DNA from: Cyclobacteriaceae bacterium | Lineage (GTDB): Bacteria > Bacteroidota > Bacteroidia > Cytophagales > Cyclobacteriaceae | Reading direction: 5' to 3' | Assembly (NCBI GenBank): GCA_046703645.1 | Contig: JBJKSY010000070.1 | Coordinates: 1 to 41,617 of the forward strand | DNA length: 41,617 nt | Shown: piece after piece, positions 25,350 through 35,731 of the stretch | How positions within the stretch are numbered: position 1 is the stretch's first letter | Layout of the letters: each line of letters begins with the position of its first letter | Program-made: the position numbers and the translations under genes | The notes under the pieces: model-generated | What the model saw: the letters and a program-made list of their open reading frames with translations, nothing else | The model's database searches: none | What the model was told of the DNA's origin: nothing

Positions 25350-26765
25350 TTATCTAATCATCATAGGCGTATCAAGGGAAGGTTCGGAGAAGATCGGATC
25401 ATGGTCATAGGTAACCTCAGGCTGTGGAAGGTTCCGGGTTGATCTATAAAATGACCAATACTGGTTATTATCAAAAACTGCGGATTTAAAATTCCCGCCG
25501 ATAAATTGATCTCCCCTGGCCGTCATCGTAAAGATATTGTTTTCGAAAGAAAAGCCTTTATAGGTCCCCGGTTCGAAATATACATCATGTCCCTGATCAC
25601 TGATCACAATATTGTCGAAGATCTTACAGTTCGTCATTGGGATAGCCGAGGGATCGCACCATATATGAATACCCGCATGACTGTTCTTTGAACCGTCATT
25701 CAGACTTGTATTGAACCGGATAATATTATCATTCCATTCAGCAGCTCCCCTATACTGGAACAATCCATATCCACCTCCTTCATTGTAAGCAGAGTGATTG
25801 TACTGCATTATTGAATGCGTTACCCCCCCGTCAAGATCGAATCCTCCCCCATCCTTGCCTTTGACTGACGTCTTATTGTGATGGGAATAACAGTATTGTA
25901 TGGTGATACTATCGCACATATAAGCCCAGATACCGACCGGTCCATTGCCATCCCTGGGCATATCCCATCCATTATTCATTGCTTCACAGTATTCAACGAT
26001 CCCCCTGGTAACCCCGCCGATCAGGATTCCGTTCCCGCTATGATTATCCCTGACCAGGGGACATCCCGGGTTGTTCTCAGCTACACAGTACCCGATATAG
26101 AGGTCATGTAATGTCTTGAAACCGGAACCGTTATTATATACATATTCCTCCCCCGATTCTGCGTCGATACCGGCAAAGCCATTATTATGCGCATAAATAT
26201 GGTGGACACGGATATTCCCCCCGCCTGTTATCCGAATGCCGCTCCACATGAACCCTGATGCATTTACACTGTCTATTTCTGCATATTTTGCATATCTTAA
26301 CTCTATTCCATTGCCCAGATTGCCGTTATTCCTGCCGTTCCCGGTTATATTCAGGTTACGAATTAAAACATGATTGCAATTTTCAATAAGAATACCGGTA
26401 GAATCTCCTGCATCAATAGTAGCCCTTCCATTACCATATGAGCATATTATTAACGGGGATTTATCCGTACTTACAATACCTTTTATCCGCATGTAGCCTT
26501 CAAAATGCTGGTTATTTTTCAAATGGATAACAGAACCCGGATTTAGCTGAATTTTATTGAGCCTTTTCAAGGATTTCCATGGTTTCATGGGTGACATCCC
26601 CTGATTATGATCATTGCCGGTTTCATTATCAATGTAATAGTTTTTATTTTTTTCCGACAAACCACGATTACATCCAGGCAGGCCCAGGATAATCAAAAAA
26701 TAAAATGCCGTGGCTAATGCAGTAAGCCTGTAAAAATGATGAATCCTGAAGTTAACAATTCTCAT
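25350..26765 (-). CDS. Right-handed parallel beta-helix repeat lipoprotein (pectate-lyase-fold)
   Basis: The ATG at 26765 gives MRIVNF...ILGLPGCN, a lipobox. Recurrent short motifs of the NxxIxNxxI and GIxIxxxxNxxI type are characteristic of PbH1 repeats. Confidence 0.7.
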   Translation of the reverse strand: MRIVNFRIHHFYRLTALATAFYFLIILGLPGCNRGLSEKNKNYYIDNETGNDHNQGMSPMKPWKSLKRLNKIQLNPGSVIHLKNNQHFEGYMRIKGIVSTDKSPLIICSYGNGRATIDAGDSTGILIENCNHVLIRNLNITGNGRNNGNLGNGIELRYAKYAEIDSVNASGFMWSGIRITGGGNIRVHHIYAHNNGFAGIDAESGEEYVYNNGSGFKTLHDLYIGYCVAENNPGCPLVRDNHSGNGILIGGVTRGIVEYCEAMNNGWDMPRDGNGPVGIWAYMCDSITIQYCYSHHNKTSVKGKDGGGFDLDGGVTHSIMQYNHSAYNEGGGYGLFQYRGAAEWNDNIIRFNTSLNDGSKNSHAGIHIWCDPSAIPMTNCKIFDNIVISDQGHDVYFEPGTYKGFSFENNIFTMTARGDQFIGGNFKSAVFDNNQYWSFYRSTRNLPQPEVTYDHDPIFSEPSLDTPMMIR

Positions 26766-27000
26766 CTGACAACCTGGTTTCGGCATCCGATTCGGTCAAA
26801 CAAAGTGTTTCAGAATACAATGCCCGGCATCTTTAATAAAAGTAATTGAATTCCGTAAAATCAAAAAAATAAGGAAAGGTTATTTTTATTGATATTTATA
26901 ATTTTCATTTTTCGCTACATAATTATATTGTTATTAATCCTTCCGGCATTGAATATCTTTGCCAAAACCTTCACTTGTTCCAGATTGCAATCGCCGATGC

Positions 27001-28281
27001 CTAATTACAGGAGTCATTAATTTTGCCAGGTGTTCCCAGGTCCGTGGTATTGTATTCAGAAGTTGAGACACACCAGTTGGTTCCACTCAGGGCATCGTCT
27101 GCATTCAGATGCATCGGGTCCAGGCAGATGGATGCCCCCAGTCCATCAGGGAAGCCCGCCAATCCGTAATTCACTTCGGCAATAATATTTCCGTTGGTAC
27201 CGTCGGTTCCATAATTTGAAATCAAAAGATCATCGCCGGTATTAGGCAATGAAAAACTGCTTCCATAAACATATTTCCTGTCCACATTACAAGCCTGTTC
27301 TGTCCTCACCAATGTAAAATACTCGAGTGGCGGCAATAAGATATGTTCATCGATTACATGCATGTTGGTGGTTCCTCTTTTCAGGACAAGGTGAAAAAGA
27401 TCGATGGTATCAGCTGACGAATTATATAATTCAAACCATTCTCCCTGGGTATCAAGGAGGGAGTCCGGGTCATACATGATTTCAGAAATTACCAGGTTTC
27501 CATAAGCTATTTCATCCGGTCCCGGGCTTAGTCCCCCATCATTCAGATTTATGATCCTTGTAGTCAGGGATTCATCCACCTCAAGGCCGACGATTGCTGC
27601 CGGGTCGGAAATCTGGGCATCCATATGAATTTCATAATATTTTTGCTTTTCCGGTTCATCGATCGTACCCTGAAGTATTTTCTCTCCCGTTGTTCCATCC
27701 GGCTTGCCGTATTGAAGTTGGCAAACAATAGACATCGGTTTCAGGGCAAAGTAGGCTGATCGGTTTTCTCCCTTAGTGAACAGGATTGACGTGTCACTAT
27801 TGCTGATTGTTGTGGAATAATCATCGAACATACTTATTATATTTTGTGAATAGATCACAGCCACTTTACAATTCCCCAATGAACAGAGGATCGAAAGATT
27901 TTTTATTTCACCCGATCCAAGGCTCACGGAATCAGAGTATCCTGAAAAATAAGGACAATCAAACCCGCCGGGCAGGAGTCTTCCTGAAGTTGCCGAAGCA
28001 TAGTAAGTACCCGGTTCCAGTATTAAAGTATCGGGCATTTCCGCATACCGATCATAAAAGGCTATCTCCGATCCGTCAGACCTGTAAAGATCGATCCTGA
28101 AATCATCCGTCACAACAGATGAGGTACGGGAATCAGTATGCTGTACAGCAATATCAATCCCCAGGTTTACCCTCAGCCCTGTGGCGGTGCTGTCTCCATT
28201 GAACAGATGATCTTCCCGCTGACAGGCGGCAAGTAAAAGCCATAACATGGCCTTTACAAGAATTTTTGTATAGGTTTTCAT
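27001..28281 (-). CDS. DUF4493-like lipoprotein with a C-terminal lamin-tail domain
   Basis: LLLAACQ lipobox. The N-terminal region (FDCPYFSGYS..., CKVAVIY) resembles Bacteroidota DUF4493. The C-terminal LVISEIMYDPDSLLDTQGEWFELYNSSADTIDL is an LTD core. Confidence 0.7.
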   Translation of the reverse strand: MKTYTKILVKAMLWLLLAACQREDHLFNGDSTATGLRVNLGIDIAVQHTDSRTSSVVTDDFRIDLYRSDGSEIAFYDRYAEMPDTLILEPGTYYASATSGRLLPGGFDCPYFSGYSDSVSLGSGEIKNLSILCSLGNCKVAVIYSQNIISMFDDYSTTISNSDTSILFTKGENRSAYFALKPMSIVCQLQYGKPDGTTGEKILQGTIDEPEKQKYYEIHMDAQISDPAAIVGLEVDESLTTRIINLNDGGLSPGPDEIAYGNLVISEIMYDPDSLLDTQGEWFELYNSSADTIDLFHLVLKRGTTNMHVIDEHILLPPLEYFTLVRTEQACNVDRKYVYGSSFSLPNTGDDLLISNYGTDGTNGNIIAEVNYGLAGFPDGLGASICLDPMHLNADDALSGTNWCVSTSEYNTTDLGTPGKINDSCN

Positions 28282-28364
28282 AGCTGGTGAATTTTTTCAC
28301 AAAATCAGGAAAAAAAATATGAAATCAAAAAACCTGGGGGAAGATTAATCGGTAATTTAATATT

Positions 28365-29792
28365 GTGAAGAAGATAATTCCCATCTCTCTTATAATTCTC
28401 GCTTCCTGCGGACAGAAACAATTTACAGGAATATTTGAACCTCCAAATATTATCCTGATTTTGGCTGACGATCTTGGCTATGGGGAACCGGGTTGTTACG
28501 GGCAGCAATTGATCAGGACAGCGAATATTGACGAATTAGCAAAAGACGGCATTAAATTCATGGATTTTTATGCAGGATCTCCGGAAGGCACCCAATCAAG
28601 ATGTGTGCTTTTGACGGGATTACGTGCAGGTCATGCACCTATCAGTGGCTACCGCGAAGAAAAATTCAACGGAGGGTACCAATTGCCCTCCTCTGCCCGG
28701 ACCCTGGCAGACCTTGTAAAACAGGCCGGCTACAGAACTGCTTTGATCGGAAAATGGGGATTAGGCGCCCAAGGATCCCCGGGCGACCCTCAAAAACATG
28801 GATTTGAAGAATTTTACGGCTATTATGATCCGGTGCGTGCGCATAACTCCTTTCCCGAATACCTGTACAGAAACGGGAAAAAAGAATTTTTAAATAATCA
28901 TGTAGTTTATATCGCCGGGAAAGACAGTATGAAAAATGCAGGAAGCTTTGCAATAGTTAAAGAAGAATATTCAAATGACCTGTTCCTTGATGAAGCCCTG
29001 AAATTCATTACAAGGGATAAAAATAATCCATTCTTTTTATTCCTTTCCTTAACCATTCCCCACATAAACGACGAAGCTCCTCCCGGAGAAAAATGTGAAG
29101 CTCCGGATTCATCGGTTTACATGGGGAAAGGCTGGGACCGTGATAAGGAACTCTACGCATCATCTATAACACGCATGGACGGTTACCTGTTCAGGATCCG
29201 AAAGCAAATCAAGGAGCTGGGGCTGGATAAAAGCACGATAATTTTCTTTTCCAGTGACAACGGACCTGAGGCCGGTGAAAGTCAGTTTTTCAATGGCACC
29301 GGCGATCTAAGGGGACATAAGGGAGAACTTTATGAAGGAGGCATAAGGGTTCCGCTTATTGCCTGCTGGCCGGGACAGATCAGGCCCGGGCGAACCTCGG
29401 ATCTCATTGCCGGTTTTCAGGATTTTCTGCCGACAGCCTGTGACCTGGCTGGGATCCGGATCCCGGGAAATATTGACGGAATTTCCATTTTGCCGGAATT
29501 ACTCGGTTATACCCAGAAAAAACATAAATATTTATATTGGGAACTTCATGATCCGGTTAATTCTCAGGCAGTTCGATACGGGAATTGGAAAGGCATCAGG
29601 AAAAATATCAGGTTGCATCCCGACGCCCCGGTCGAGTTATATGACCTGGAAAATGATCCGGGGGAAATGCATAACCTTTCTGCACGATATCCTGCTATCG
29701 AAGAAAAAATGAAACTTATTATGACCAAAGCTCAAAGAAGCGATGTGCGGGGGTCATCATTTTCTTCTGAATATGATGGAAATGAAAAATAA
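28365..29792 (+). CDS. Sulfatase-family (alkaline-phosphatase superfamily) lipoprotein with a degenerate active site
   Basis: A GTG start gives MKKIIPISLIILASCGQ, a lipobox. PNIILILADDLGYG, FFSSDNGP and HKGELYEGGIRVP are standard S1 sulfatase blocks. The expected C/S-x-P-x-R box reads G-T-Q-S-R, and GKWHLG reads GKWGLG. Confidence 0.8.
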   Translation: MKKIIPISLIILASCGQKQFTGIFEPPNIILILADDLGYGEPGCYGQQLIRTANIDELAKDGIKFMDFYAGSPEGTQSRCVLLTGLRAGHAPISGYREEKFNGGYQLPSSARTLADLVKQAGYRTALIGKWGLGAQGSPGDPQKHGFEEFYGYYDPVRAHNSFPEYLYRNGKKEFLNNHVVYIAGKDSMKNAGSFAIVKEEYSNDLFLDEALKFITRDKNNPFFLFLSLTIPHINDEAPPGEKCEAPDSSVYMGKGWDRDKELYASSITRMDGYLFRIRKQIKELGLDKSTIIFFSSDNGPEAGESQFFNGTGDLRGHKGELYEGGIRVPLIACWPGQIRPGRTSDLIAGFQDFLPTACDLAGIRIPGNIDGISILPELLGYTQKKHKYLYWELHDPVNSQAVRYGNWKGIRKNIRLHPDAPVELYDLENDPGEMHNLSARYPAIEEKMKLIMTKAQRSDVRGSSFSSEYDGNEK

Positions 29793-29833
29793 ATTCATTT
29801 GGGGATCCTTTAATATTTAAAAAATCACTCAAT

Positions 29834-29848
29834 CGGTTCATGGAACCG
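29834..29848 (+). terminator. Possible short hairpin after the sulfatase-like gene
   Basis: CGGTTC-ATG-GAACCG. The stem is only 6 bp with a 3-nt loop, and the downstream T-tract is weak. Confidence 0.2.
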
Positions 29849-29873
29849 TCAATTTGAAATAATTTTAGGATCT

Positions 29874-30740
29874 ATGAAAATAATGAATATATCTTTCATT
29901 CTGTTTTTAATTATTTTCAACCGGCCTGCCTCCGTTTCTGCACAAGACAAACACGATCTTTTATGGAAAATTTCAGGCAATAACCTTCAACATCCATCCT
30001 ACCTTTACGGAACGATCCATCTTCTTTGCCAGGAAGAACTTCATCTCAGCGATAGCGTGCAAAAGTCGATTGCTGAGACTTCGGAAACGATCCTTGAAAT
30101 CAATCTTAATGATCCCACGGTTCCGGAGAAAATACAAAGGGGAATGATTCTTGAAAACGGAAGCCGGCTAAGCCAATATGTCTCGGAGGCTGATTACAAT
30201 TTAATGAAAACGTTTTTCAGGGATTCCCTTCAGCTTAACCTCAATACACTGGATCATATTAAACCCATGTTCCTCATGACCCTGATGGTTCCCCGGATCA
30301 TGAACTGCGCAACAGTTTCACCGGAAAAGAAAATAAACGACCTGGCTGCACGGGATCACCGGATCATTCAGGGCCTGGAAACCGTCGAGGAACAGGTAGA
30401 TTATATTAACCGGATCAGCCCAACCGAACAGGCAAAAATGCTTCTTGAATCCATCCGGAATTATGATTCAACACGCATTCAATATCATCAAATGGTTAAG
30501 CTTTATAAAGCAGAGGAGATCGACTCACTGTTTAACTATATCGATGACAGGAATTCTGAATTTGCAGGACTTACATCCACCCTGGTAACGGAAAGGAATG
30601 AATCATGGGCATCAAAAATTGATCAAATAATTAGGAAACGTGCCTCATTTATTGCCGTAGGTGCCGGTCATCTTGGAGGTGAAAAAGGACTCATAAGCCT
30701 GCTTTCCGCCAGGGGATATAAATTAACACCTGTGGACTGA
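29874..30740 (+). CDS. TraB/GumN family protein, secreted
   Basis: A signal peptide is followed by LLWKISGNNLQHPSYLYGTIHL, the family signature. The C-terminal FIAVGAGHLGGEKGL motif also matches. Confidence 0.8.
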   Translation: MKIMNISFILFLIIFNRPASVSAQDKHDLLWKISGNNLQHPSYLYGTIHLLCQEELHLSDSVQKSIAETSETILEINLNDPTVPEKIQRGMILENGSRLSQYVSEADYNLMKTFFRDSLQLNLNTLDHIKPMFLMTLMVPRIMNCATVSPEKKINDLAARDHRIIQGLETVEEQVDYINRISPTEQAKMLLESIRNYDSTRIQYHQMVKLYKAEEIDSLFNYIDDRNSEFAGLTSTLVTERNESWASKIDQIIRKRASFIAVGAGHLGGEKGLISLLSARGYKLTPVD

Positions 30741-30763
30741 AATATCCATCCCCTTAAAAAGTT

Positions 30764-31984
30764 TTAAGGATTTACATTCAGTTGCGCATCAATTTCACTT
30801 CTCCGTTTTTCCATTCTTTCAGAAATCTCCTTATAAATATCAACCAGGTCATATTTTAATTTAGCCAGGTTGGTAGGTCCGTATTTATCATAAACGGATG
30901 GAAGGATCATTTCCTGAACCATATAATAAGGTAACAGTTCATTATAAATTTCTTTGAGAACTTTTTTTAATTTTTCGGCAGTAAGTATTTCAAGTAAGTG
31001 TTTATATTCCAGCAGGTAAATATGGTATATATACGGATCTCCTGCCATTGCAGCATCCAGCCTGTCCTCACAGGAAAATATAAATTTATTCTTCAGATTT
31101 TTATTTCGGGCTATATTTCCTTCGTGCGGATATTCCATCATCAGGTCGTCGAAGTCCCATGGAATAATATTGAATTTTTCCGACACAGGATTCCAGTAGA
31201 AATAAACTTCGTCGGTATAATCCCCGTTTTTAAAAATATCATTGAAAATAAGCCAGTCGAAATACTCCGTCAGGGAAAGTCGCGATGAAATGGAATCATA
31301 CAAGGCCTGGCCCTGGTATTTGCGGATCTGATTCCCGTAGAGCCATTTGAATTTATTTTTCAGTTCATTTCCGTCCGAAGAATTCCTGTTGTCTCCATAT
31401 GTTTTCCTGATTTTGGCATTATATCCCCTTCTCAGGACCATCGGGGAACCACAACGCTGGATTGCAAAATCGGATGGAGGATAACATGCCATATAAATTC
31501 CTTCGCAGGAACCGTCAAGATATAACGATGCAAAACAGTGATCAGGGATATTTAGGCCAAAAATATTCAGGATATGATATGCCAGGGTATTCCTTGCATA
31601 GTCTTTATCCATGTTCAGGCTTATCGCATAGAATTTCTTAAAAGATAGCGTGTCGGTATTCCTGTCAGAATAAAATAAATATCTTTTATCCGGTTTTACG
31701 TTGAAACTTTTCCTGCGGTAGTAAATGGAAGTTGTCCCCCTTACCTTTATTTCCCGCGCTATTCCGGATACATGATTTATCTCGAAAGGAACATCAGTAA
31801 ATGAAAGCTCATCACCCAGGGCAAGACTCTTATGAACCATTGGCACCTGGCTTTCTTTAAGGTAAAAATTGATTACGTTGATATTATGCACAGCGGAGTC
31901 CTTATTCAGTGATAACGGGGCCGGGATTTGCGCCGCCGCGTAAAAGGAAGAGCAAATCAAAAAAATGAAGATCATTTTTTTCAT
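30764..31984 (-). CDS. CotH kinase family protein, secreted
   Basis: I prefer the ATG at 31984 because the track start at 32002 is a TTG. A signal peptide is present. YARNTLAYHILNIFGLNIPDHCFASLYLDGSCEGIYM and IIPWDFDDLM resemble the conserved CotH blocks. Confidence 0.6.
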   Translation of the reverse strand: MKKMIFIFLICSSFYAAAQIPAPLSLNKDSAVHNINVINFYLKESQVPMVHKSLALGDELSFTDVPFEINHVSGIAREIKVRGTTSIYYRRKSFNVKPDKRYLFYSDRNTDTLSFKKFYAISLNMDKDYARNTLAYHILNIFGLNIPDHCFASLYLDGSCEGIYMACYPPSDFAIQRCGSPMVLRRGYNAKIRKTYGDNRNSSDGNELKNKFKWLYGNQIRKYQGQALYDSISSRLSLTEYFDWLIFNDIFKNGDYTDEVYFYWNPVSEKFNIIPWDFDDLMMEYPHEGNIARNKNLKNKFIFSCEDRLDAAMAGDPYIYHIYLLEYKHLLEILTAEKLKKVLKEIYNELLPYYMVQEMILPSVYDKYGPTNLAKLKYDLVDIYKEISERMEKRRSEIDAQLNVNP

Positions 31985-32223
31985 TTCTTCCGGGGGGTTC
32001 AATAAGTGGGTTTATCCATTACAGGAAAAAAAATCATTCCTGCTGTTGTGAAATAAAAATGCCTGAACTTTATTATATATGGATTACAATTTAAAACCAG
32101 CCTGGTGATCTTTCTAACGTAAAAAGAAGTTGTTTAGGTTCATAAGGGAAAATATTTCACCGGGTATTAAGTTTCCTGGAAATTCAGATTTTCAAGTAAA
32201 TACACCTGGCCGGCCCGGAAATG

Positions 32224-33474
32224 CTACGATCTGACAAGTTCAAGATCCGGGGAGATTTTCAGCCAAAGTAAAGCCCCGGCTATTGCCAGCAGGGCAGCAA
32301 TATGGAGGGCATTTTCCCAGCCGATAAAGGAGGCAAGCACCGGCGTAAGTGCGGGAGAAATAAACCCGCCCAGGTTGCTACCCATATTCATGATACCGCC
32401 GGCTGTTCCGCTTTTTCTGCCTGATATATTCATCATCATGGTCCAGAAGGGACCCTCCACGCTGAGTATCAGGGCGGTGGCAAAAGCGAGAGAAATGGCT
32501 GCCATCACCGGGCTTGAGGTATGTGCCCCTGCTGATATAAGAACCCCGGATACTCCCATCCCGATTACAGGTACAATTCTTCTTCCCCAAACCGGGCCCA
32601 GTCTGCCGTCTGACAGCCTGTCTGAAACATATCCTCCCAGGGGTATGGATATTATGGACAGGATCCATGGAAGGCTGCTCATCCATGCGCCGCTCAAAAG
32701 GTCAAAATGACGTTCCTGAACCAGGTAAAGGTAGAACCAGGATACGAAAATATAGCCCACATAACCCTGCAGGGTATAACTGGCAGTGAGGAGGATAAAG
32801 CTCAGCCCTGTCAGGGGTTTACCTTCCGGTAATTCATCCCCGATCTGCTCATCCTTATTGATCACCTTTCTTTCAACTTCATGGACGGGTCCTTTTATTC
32901 CCAGCCAGAGAATAGCTATGATGAGCGCGGGGAAAGATGATGCCAGCAGGGCTATCCGCCAACCCCAGTGAACCATGATGTTTGAAACCAGAGGAGGTGC
33001 AAGTGCGGAGCCAATTCCTATGGAGGCAATCACAAATCCGTTTGCCCTTCCCTGGAATCGCGGCATGATCCATCGTGAAACTCCCTGGGCTGCTCCGGGA
33101 TAGGTCGGTGATTCTGCAATTCCTAAAAGGATCCTTATTACAATGAAAGCCATAACCGCCGCCGAAACTGTCATTTGAAAGGGTCCCCATCCAATTACGG
33201 CCTGGATAGCCGTAGTTCCTACCCACAGCCAGGAAGCTATTGCCAGTACCCTCCTGGCCCCCCATTTATCGGCCATGATCCCTGCAGGCACCTGGAATAA
33301 GGCATATCCCAACAGGAACCCGCTGAATATCCTGCCCATTTCGATCTGGGACAATTGAAAGTCCTTCATCAAGAGGGCTCCGGCGGTTGAAACATTCACC
33401 CGGCAAATGTAGCTGGCTGTTGCCGTGGCGCTAAGCATGGCCACCATGCCCCAATGTGTTCTGGAATTTTTCAA
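32224..33474 (-). CDS. MFS transporter (anion:cation symporter-like)
   Basis: 416 aa with about 12 hydrophobic helices. The GIMADKWGARRV loop 2-3 motif (G-x-x-x-D-R/K-x-G-R-R/K) is present. Confidence 0.85.
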   Translation of the reverse strand: MKNSRTHWGMVAMLSATATASYICRVNVSTAGALLMKDFQLSQIEMGRIFSGFLLGYALFQVPAGIMADKWGARRVLAIASWLWVGTTAIQAVIGWGPFQMTVSAAVMAFIVIRILLGIAESPTYPGAAQGVSRWIMPRFQGRANGFVIASIGIGSALAPPLVSNIMVHWGWRIALLASSFPALIIAILWLGIKGPVHEVERKVINKDEQIGDELPEGKPLTGLSFILLTASYTLQGYVGYIFVSWFYLYLVQERHFDLLSGAWMSSLPWILSIISIPLGGYVSDRLSDGRLGPVWGRRIVPVIGMGVSGVLISAGAHTSSPVMAAISLAFATALILSVEGPFWTMMMNISGRKSGTAGGIMNMGSNLGGFISPALTPVLASFIGWENALHIAALLAIAGALLWLKISPDLELVRS

Positions 33475-33926
33475 CGTAGTCGCTTATGCATTATTATTTC
33501 CGATTCGCCTTCTACAATATAATCATTGAATTCACCGACTTTTTTAAAGCCTAAATTTTCATATAATGCGTATGCCCTGTGATTAAAGGATGATACACAA
33601 AGAAAAAGGTGTTTGCTTTCCTTCCTGAAAAGATTTTCCGCAAATGTGATCATTTTAGCGCCGATCCCTTTGCTCCGGAAATCCTTGCTTACAACAATGG
33701 ATTTTATATAAGGGGAACCAGCCACACCCCTGGGGTCAAGCAAAATCATCCCACAGGGTTTATTCCCTGAACGGGCAACATATATAGAATATTCCGGATC
33801 AGTGCAGGTTTTAAGGCAGGCTTCATAAGAAATTCCCAGCGTGATCCACGGGTCCGTTATTGACATCTGCCTGGCAGACCATTCTTTTTCACTTTCGGTT
33901 GCCGGCCGGATTATGATCTCATCCAT
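33471..33926 (-). CDS. GNAT family N-acetyltransferase
   Basis: 151 aa with the FRSKGIGAKMITF acetyl-CoA motif. Its stop overlaps the MFS start by 4 nt, so the two genes are probably co-transcribed. Confidence 0.8.
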   Translation of the reverse strand: MDEIIIRPATESEKEWSARQMSITDPWITLGISYEACLKTCTDPEYSIYVARSGNKPCGMILLDPRGVAGSPYIKSIVVSKDFRSKGIGAKMITFAENLFRKESKHLFLCVSSFNHRAYALYENLGFKKVGEFNDYIVEGESEIIMHKRLR

Positions 33927-34095
33927 TGATCTGTTTCTGAAACTCAGTATAATTTTTATCCGGAAAAATATAAAACAACCCGAAAATATGGAATTGAAGT
34001 GAGATTTAATCTTACAGGATACATAAATAATTTAATTACCCGGCCCATGAATTTTAAAAAATCATTATTAACTTTCGAGCGGAGGTAACTTGATC

Positions 34096-34842
34096 ATGTT
34101 TACCCTCATCCAGCGAAGCCAGATATTAATTAGAATATTTATTAACGTACTGATATTTTCTTCCTGTACGATTTTCCACAGTGATATAAAATGCCCCGGC
34201 GAATTTTCAAAAAATCCAGGCTTTCAAATCAAGCAAAAAGTTTATAAAAGTAAATATTCAGGCAAATCCCGGTCCCGTTTCAGTGCAAAAAATAAAAAAA
34301 TCACTTATCATTCCTATCGCGTTGCTACACCGGTGAGAAATTTACGATCCCCGATTATTATACCTCCTCTTGCCCTGAACGATGATCAATTTCTTTTCAA
34401 TGAAATTCAACTGGCTCCCGTTACAATTCCCCTTGAGTCCGACACAGGATTCCAATCGGAAATTTTTCATCCGTTGCATATCCCATTTCTCAATGGAAAT
34501 AATATTAATCATCCATTCAATCTTAAAATAACTGCAAAGAAGATTGCCGGCGATTCTTCCGGTTATCAATTGAAGAACATTAAACAAGTACGAAAGGCCC
34601 GCGGATTTGCATTAGTTTCTTTCATACTTTCCGTTCTGGCTTTTCCCCTGCTTGCCCAGATGCCGGCGGGGACGATCCTGGCCCTGTTGGCAGTTATCAC
34701 GGGAGGAATTGCATTTGGGAGATATATGAAAAATCCTGCAGACAAGAATAAAGGATTGGCCCTGATTGGAATTATTTTAGGCAGCTTCCTCCTGGGACTA
34801 TCCGTCTTTGTAATCCTGGATATTATAGCATTTACTTTTTGA
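34096..34842 (+). CDS. Hypothetical lipoprotein/membrane protein with a C-terminal two-helix (DUF4190-like) anchor
   Basis: I prefer the ATG at 34096 because the track start is a TTG. LIFSSCT is a possible lipobox. The middle is basic and low complexity. Two C-terminal TM helices are present (FALVSFILSVLAFPLL, LALIGIILGSFLLGLSVFVIL). Confidence 0.4.
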   Translation: MFTLIQRSQILIRIFINVLIFSSCTIFHSDIKCPGEFSKNPGFQIKQKVYKSKYSGKSRSRFSAKNKKITYHSYRVATPVRNLRSPIIIPPLALNDDQFLFNEIQLAPVTIPLESDTGFQSEIFHPLHIPFLNGNNINHPFNLKITAKKIAGDSSGYQLKNIKQVRKARGFALVSFILSVLAFPLLAQMPAGTILALLAVITGGIAFGRYMKNPADKNKGLALIGIILGSFLLGLSVFVILDIIAFTF

Positions 34843-34913
34843 AAAGATCGTCAATAAGCCTTAGGCCATCATTCAAAAGACCAAACCTGCATATATTTTT
34901 GTTTTATACCGGC

Positions 34914-35645
34914 TTATAAGAATTCTTTAAGATCTTCAGCCTGCCTTACAAACGCCTCGGCATATTTAGTGCCGCACTGAAAGCCCCTGAAAGCGTTCAT
35001 CTTGGAATGAAAACTGTAAAAATCGTCAGGATCCTGGCTGGCATGAAGAAAACAGGCTTTCTTCTTGATGGGTTCAAATTGAGTGATATCTGCAAAAACG
35101 GTGGGGCTGTAGGTCTGGGTCTGTTCGCCCGTCAGGACTTCATAGTAATACAGGGAAAATCTTCTGTTCAGGCTGAGCCATGTCCCGTAAACAAGGAGGG
35201 ATAAATGCCTGTGATCGGGATGCGTGTCTATCGGCCATTGAGTAAAAACGATATCCGGAGAAAGATCGCCAATCATTTTTTTCATTTTTTCATATTCGCC
35301 TGCATTAATAAAAGTGCTGCCGTCAACCTGTCCGAAAAACAAAGGTTCGGCGCCAAGTAATTTGCAGGCCGCTCTTGCTTCCTTTTCACGGATCGCGCTT
35401 GCTTCTTCATGGGTTTTCCCCGGAATTCCGGCTTCCCCCTTAGTAAAATACAGGATTGTCAGTTTATGGCCTTCACTGATCAGGCGAGCCGCAGTACCAC
35501 CGCATCCTGATTCCGGATCATCAGGATGGGCCCCTGTGATCAGGATGGAAGAATTCCCGGCTTCGCGGCTGCGTACATGGGAAAACGGGAAAAAGGCTGA
35601 TGCTGAAACCAATGCCCCCGAACGAAGTAATTCTCTCCTTTTCAT
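34914..35645 (-). CDS. PIG-L/LmbE family deacetylase with a Tat-like signal
   Basis: The N-terminus is MKRRELLRSGALVSASAF. GAHPDDPESGCGG and IDTHPDHRH are the zinc-binding signatures of PIG-L deacetylases. Confidence 0.8.
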   Translation of the reverse strand: MKRRELLRSGALVSASAFFPFSHVRSREAGNSSILITGAHPDDPESGCGGTAARLISEGHKLTILYFTKGEAGIPGKTHEEASAIREKEARAACKLLGAEPLFFGQVDGSTFINAGEYEKMKKMIGDLSPDIVFTQWPIDTHPDHRHLSLLVYGTWLSLNRRFSLYYYEVLTGEQTQTYSPTVFADITQFEPIKKKACFLHASQDPDDFYSFHSKMNAFRGFQCGTKYAEAFVRQAEDLKEFL

Positions 35646-35731
35646 TTTCTTATCATATTTTTTAAGAAATTTAGGCCTTATTTGATAAATATCTGATCGT
35701 TTTTTAGTATTTAACCCTTAATTATCCTGAA

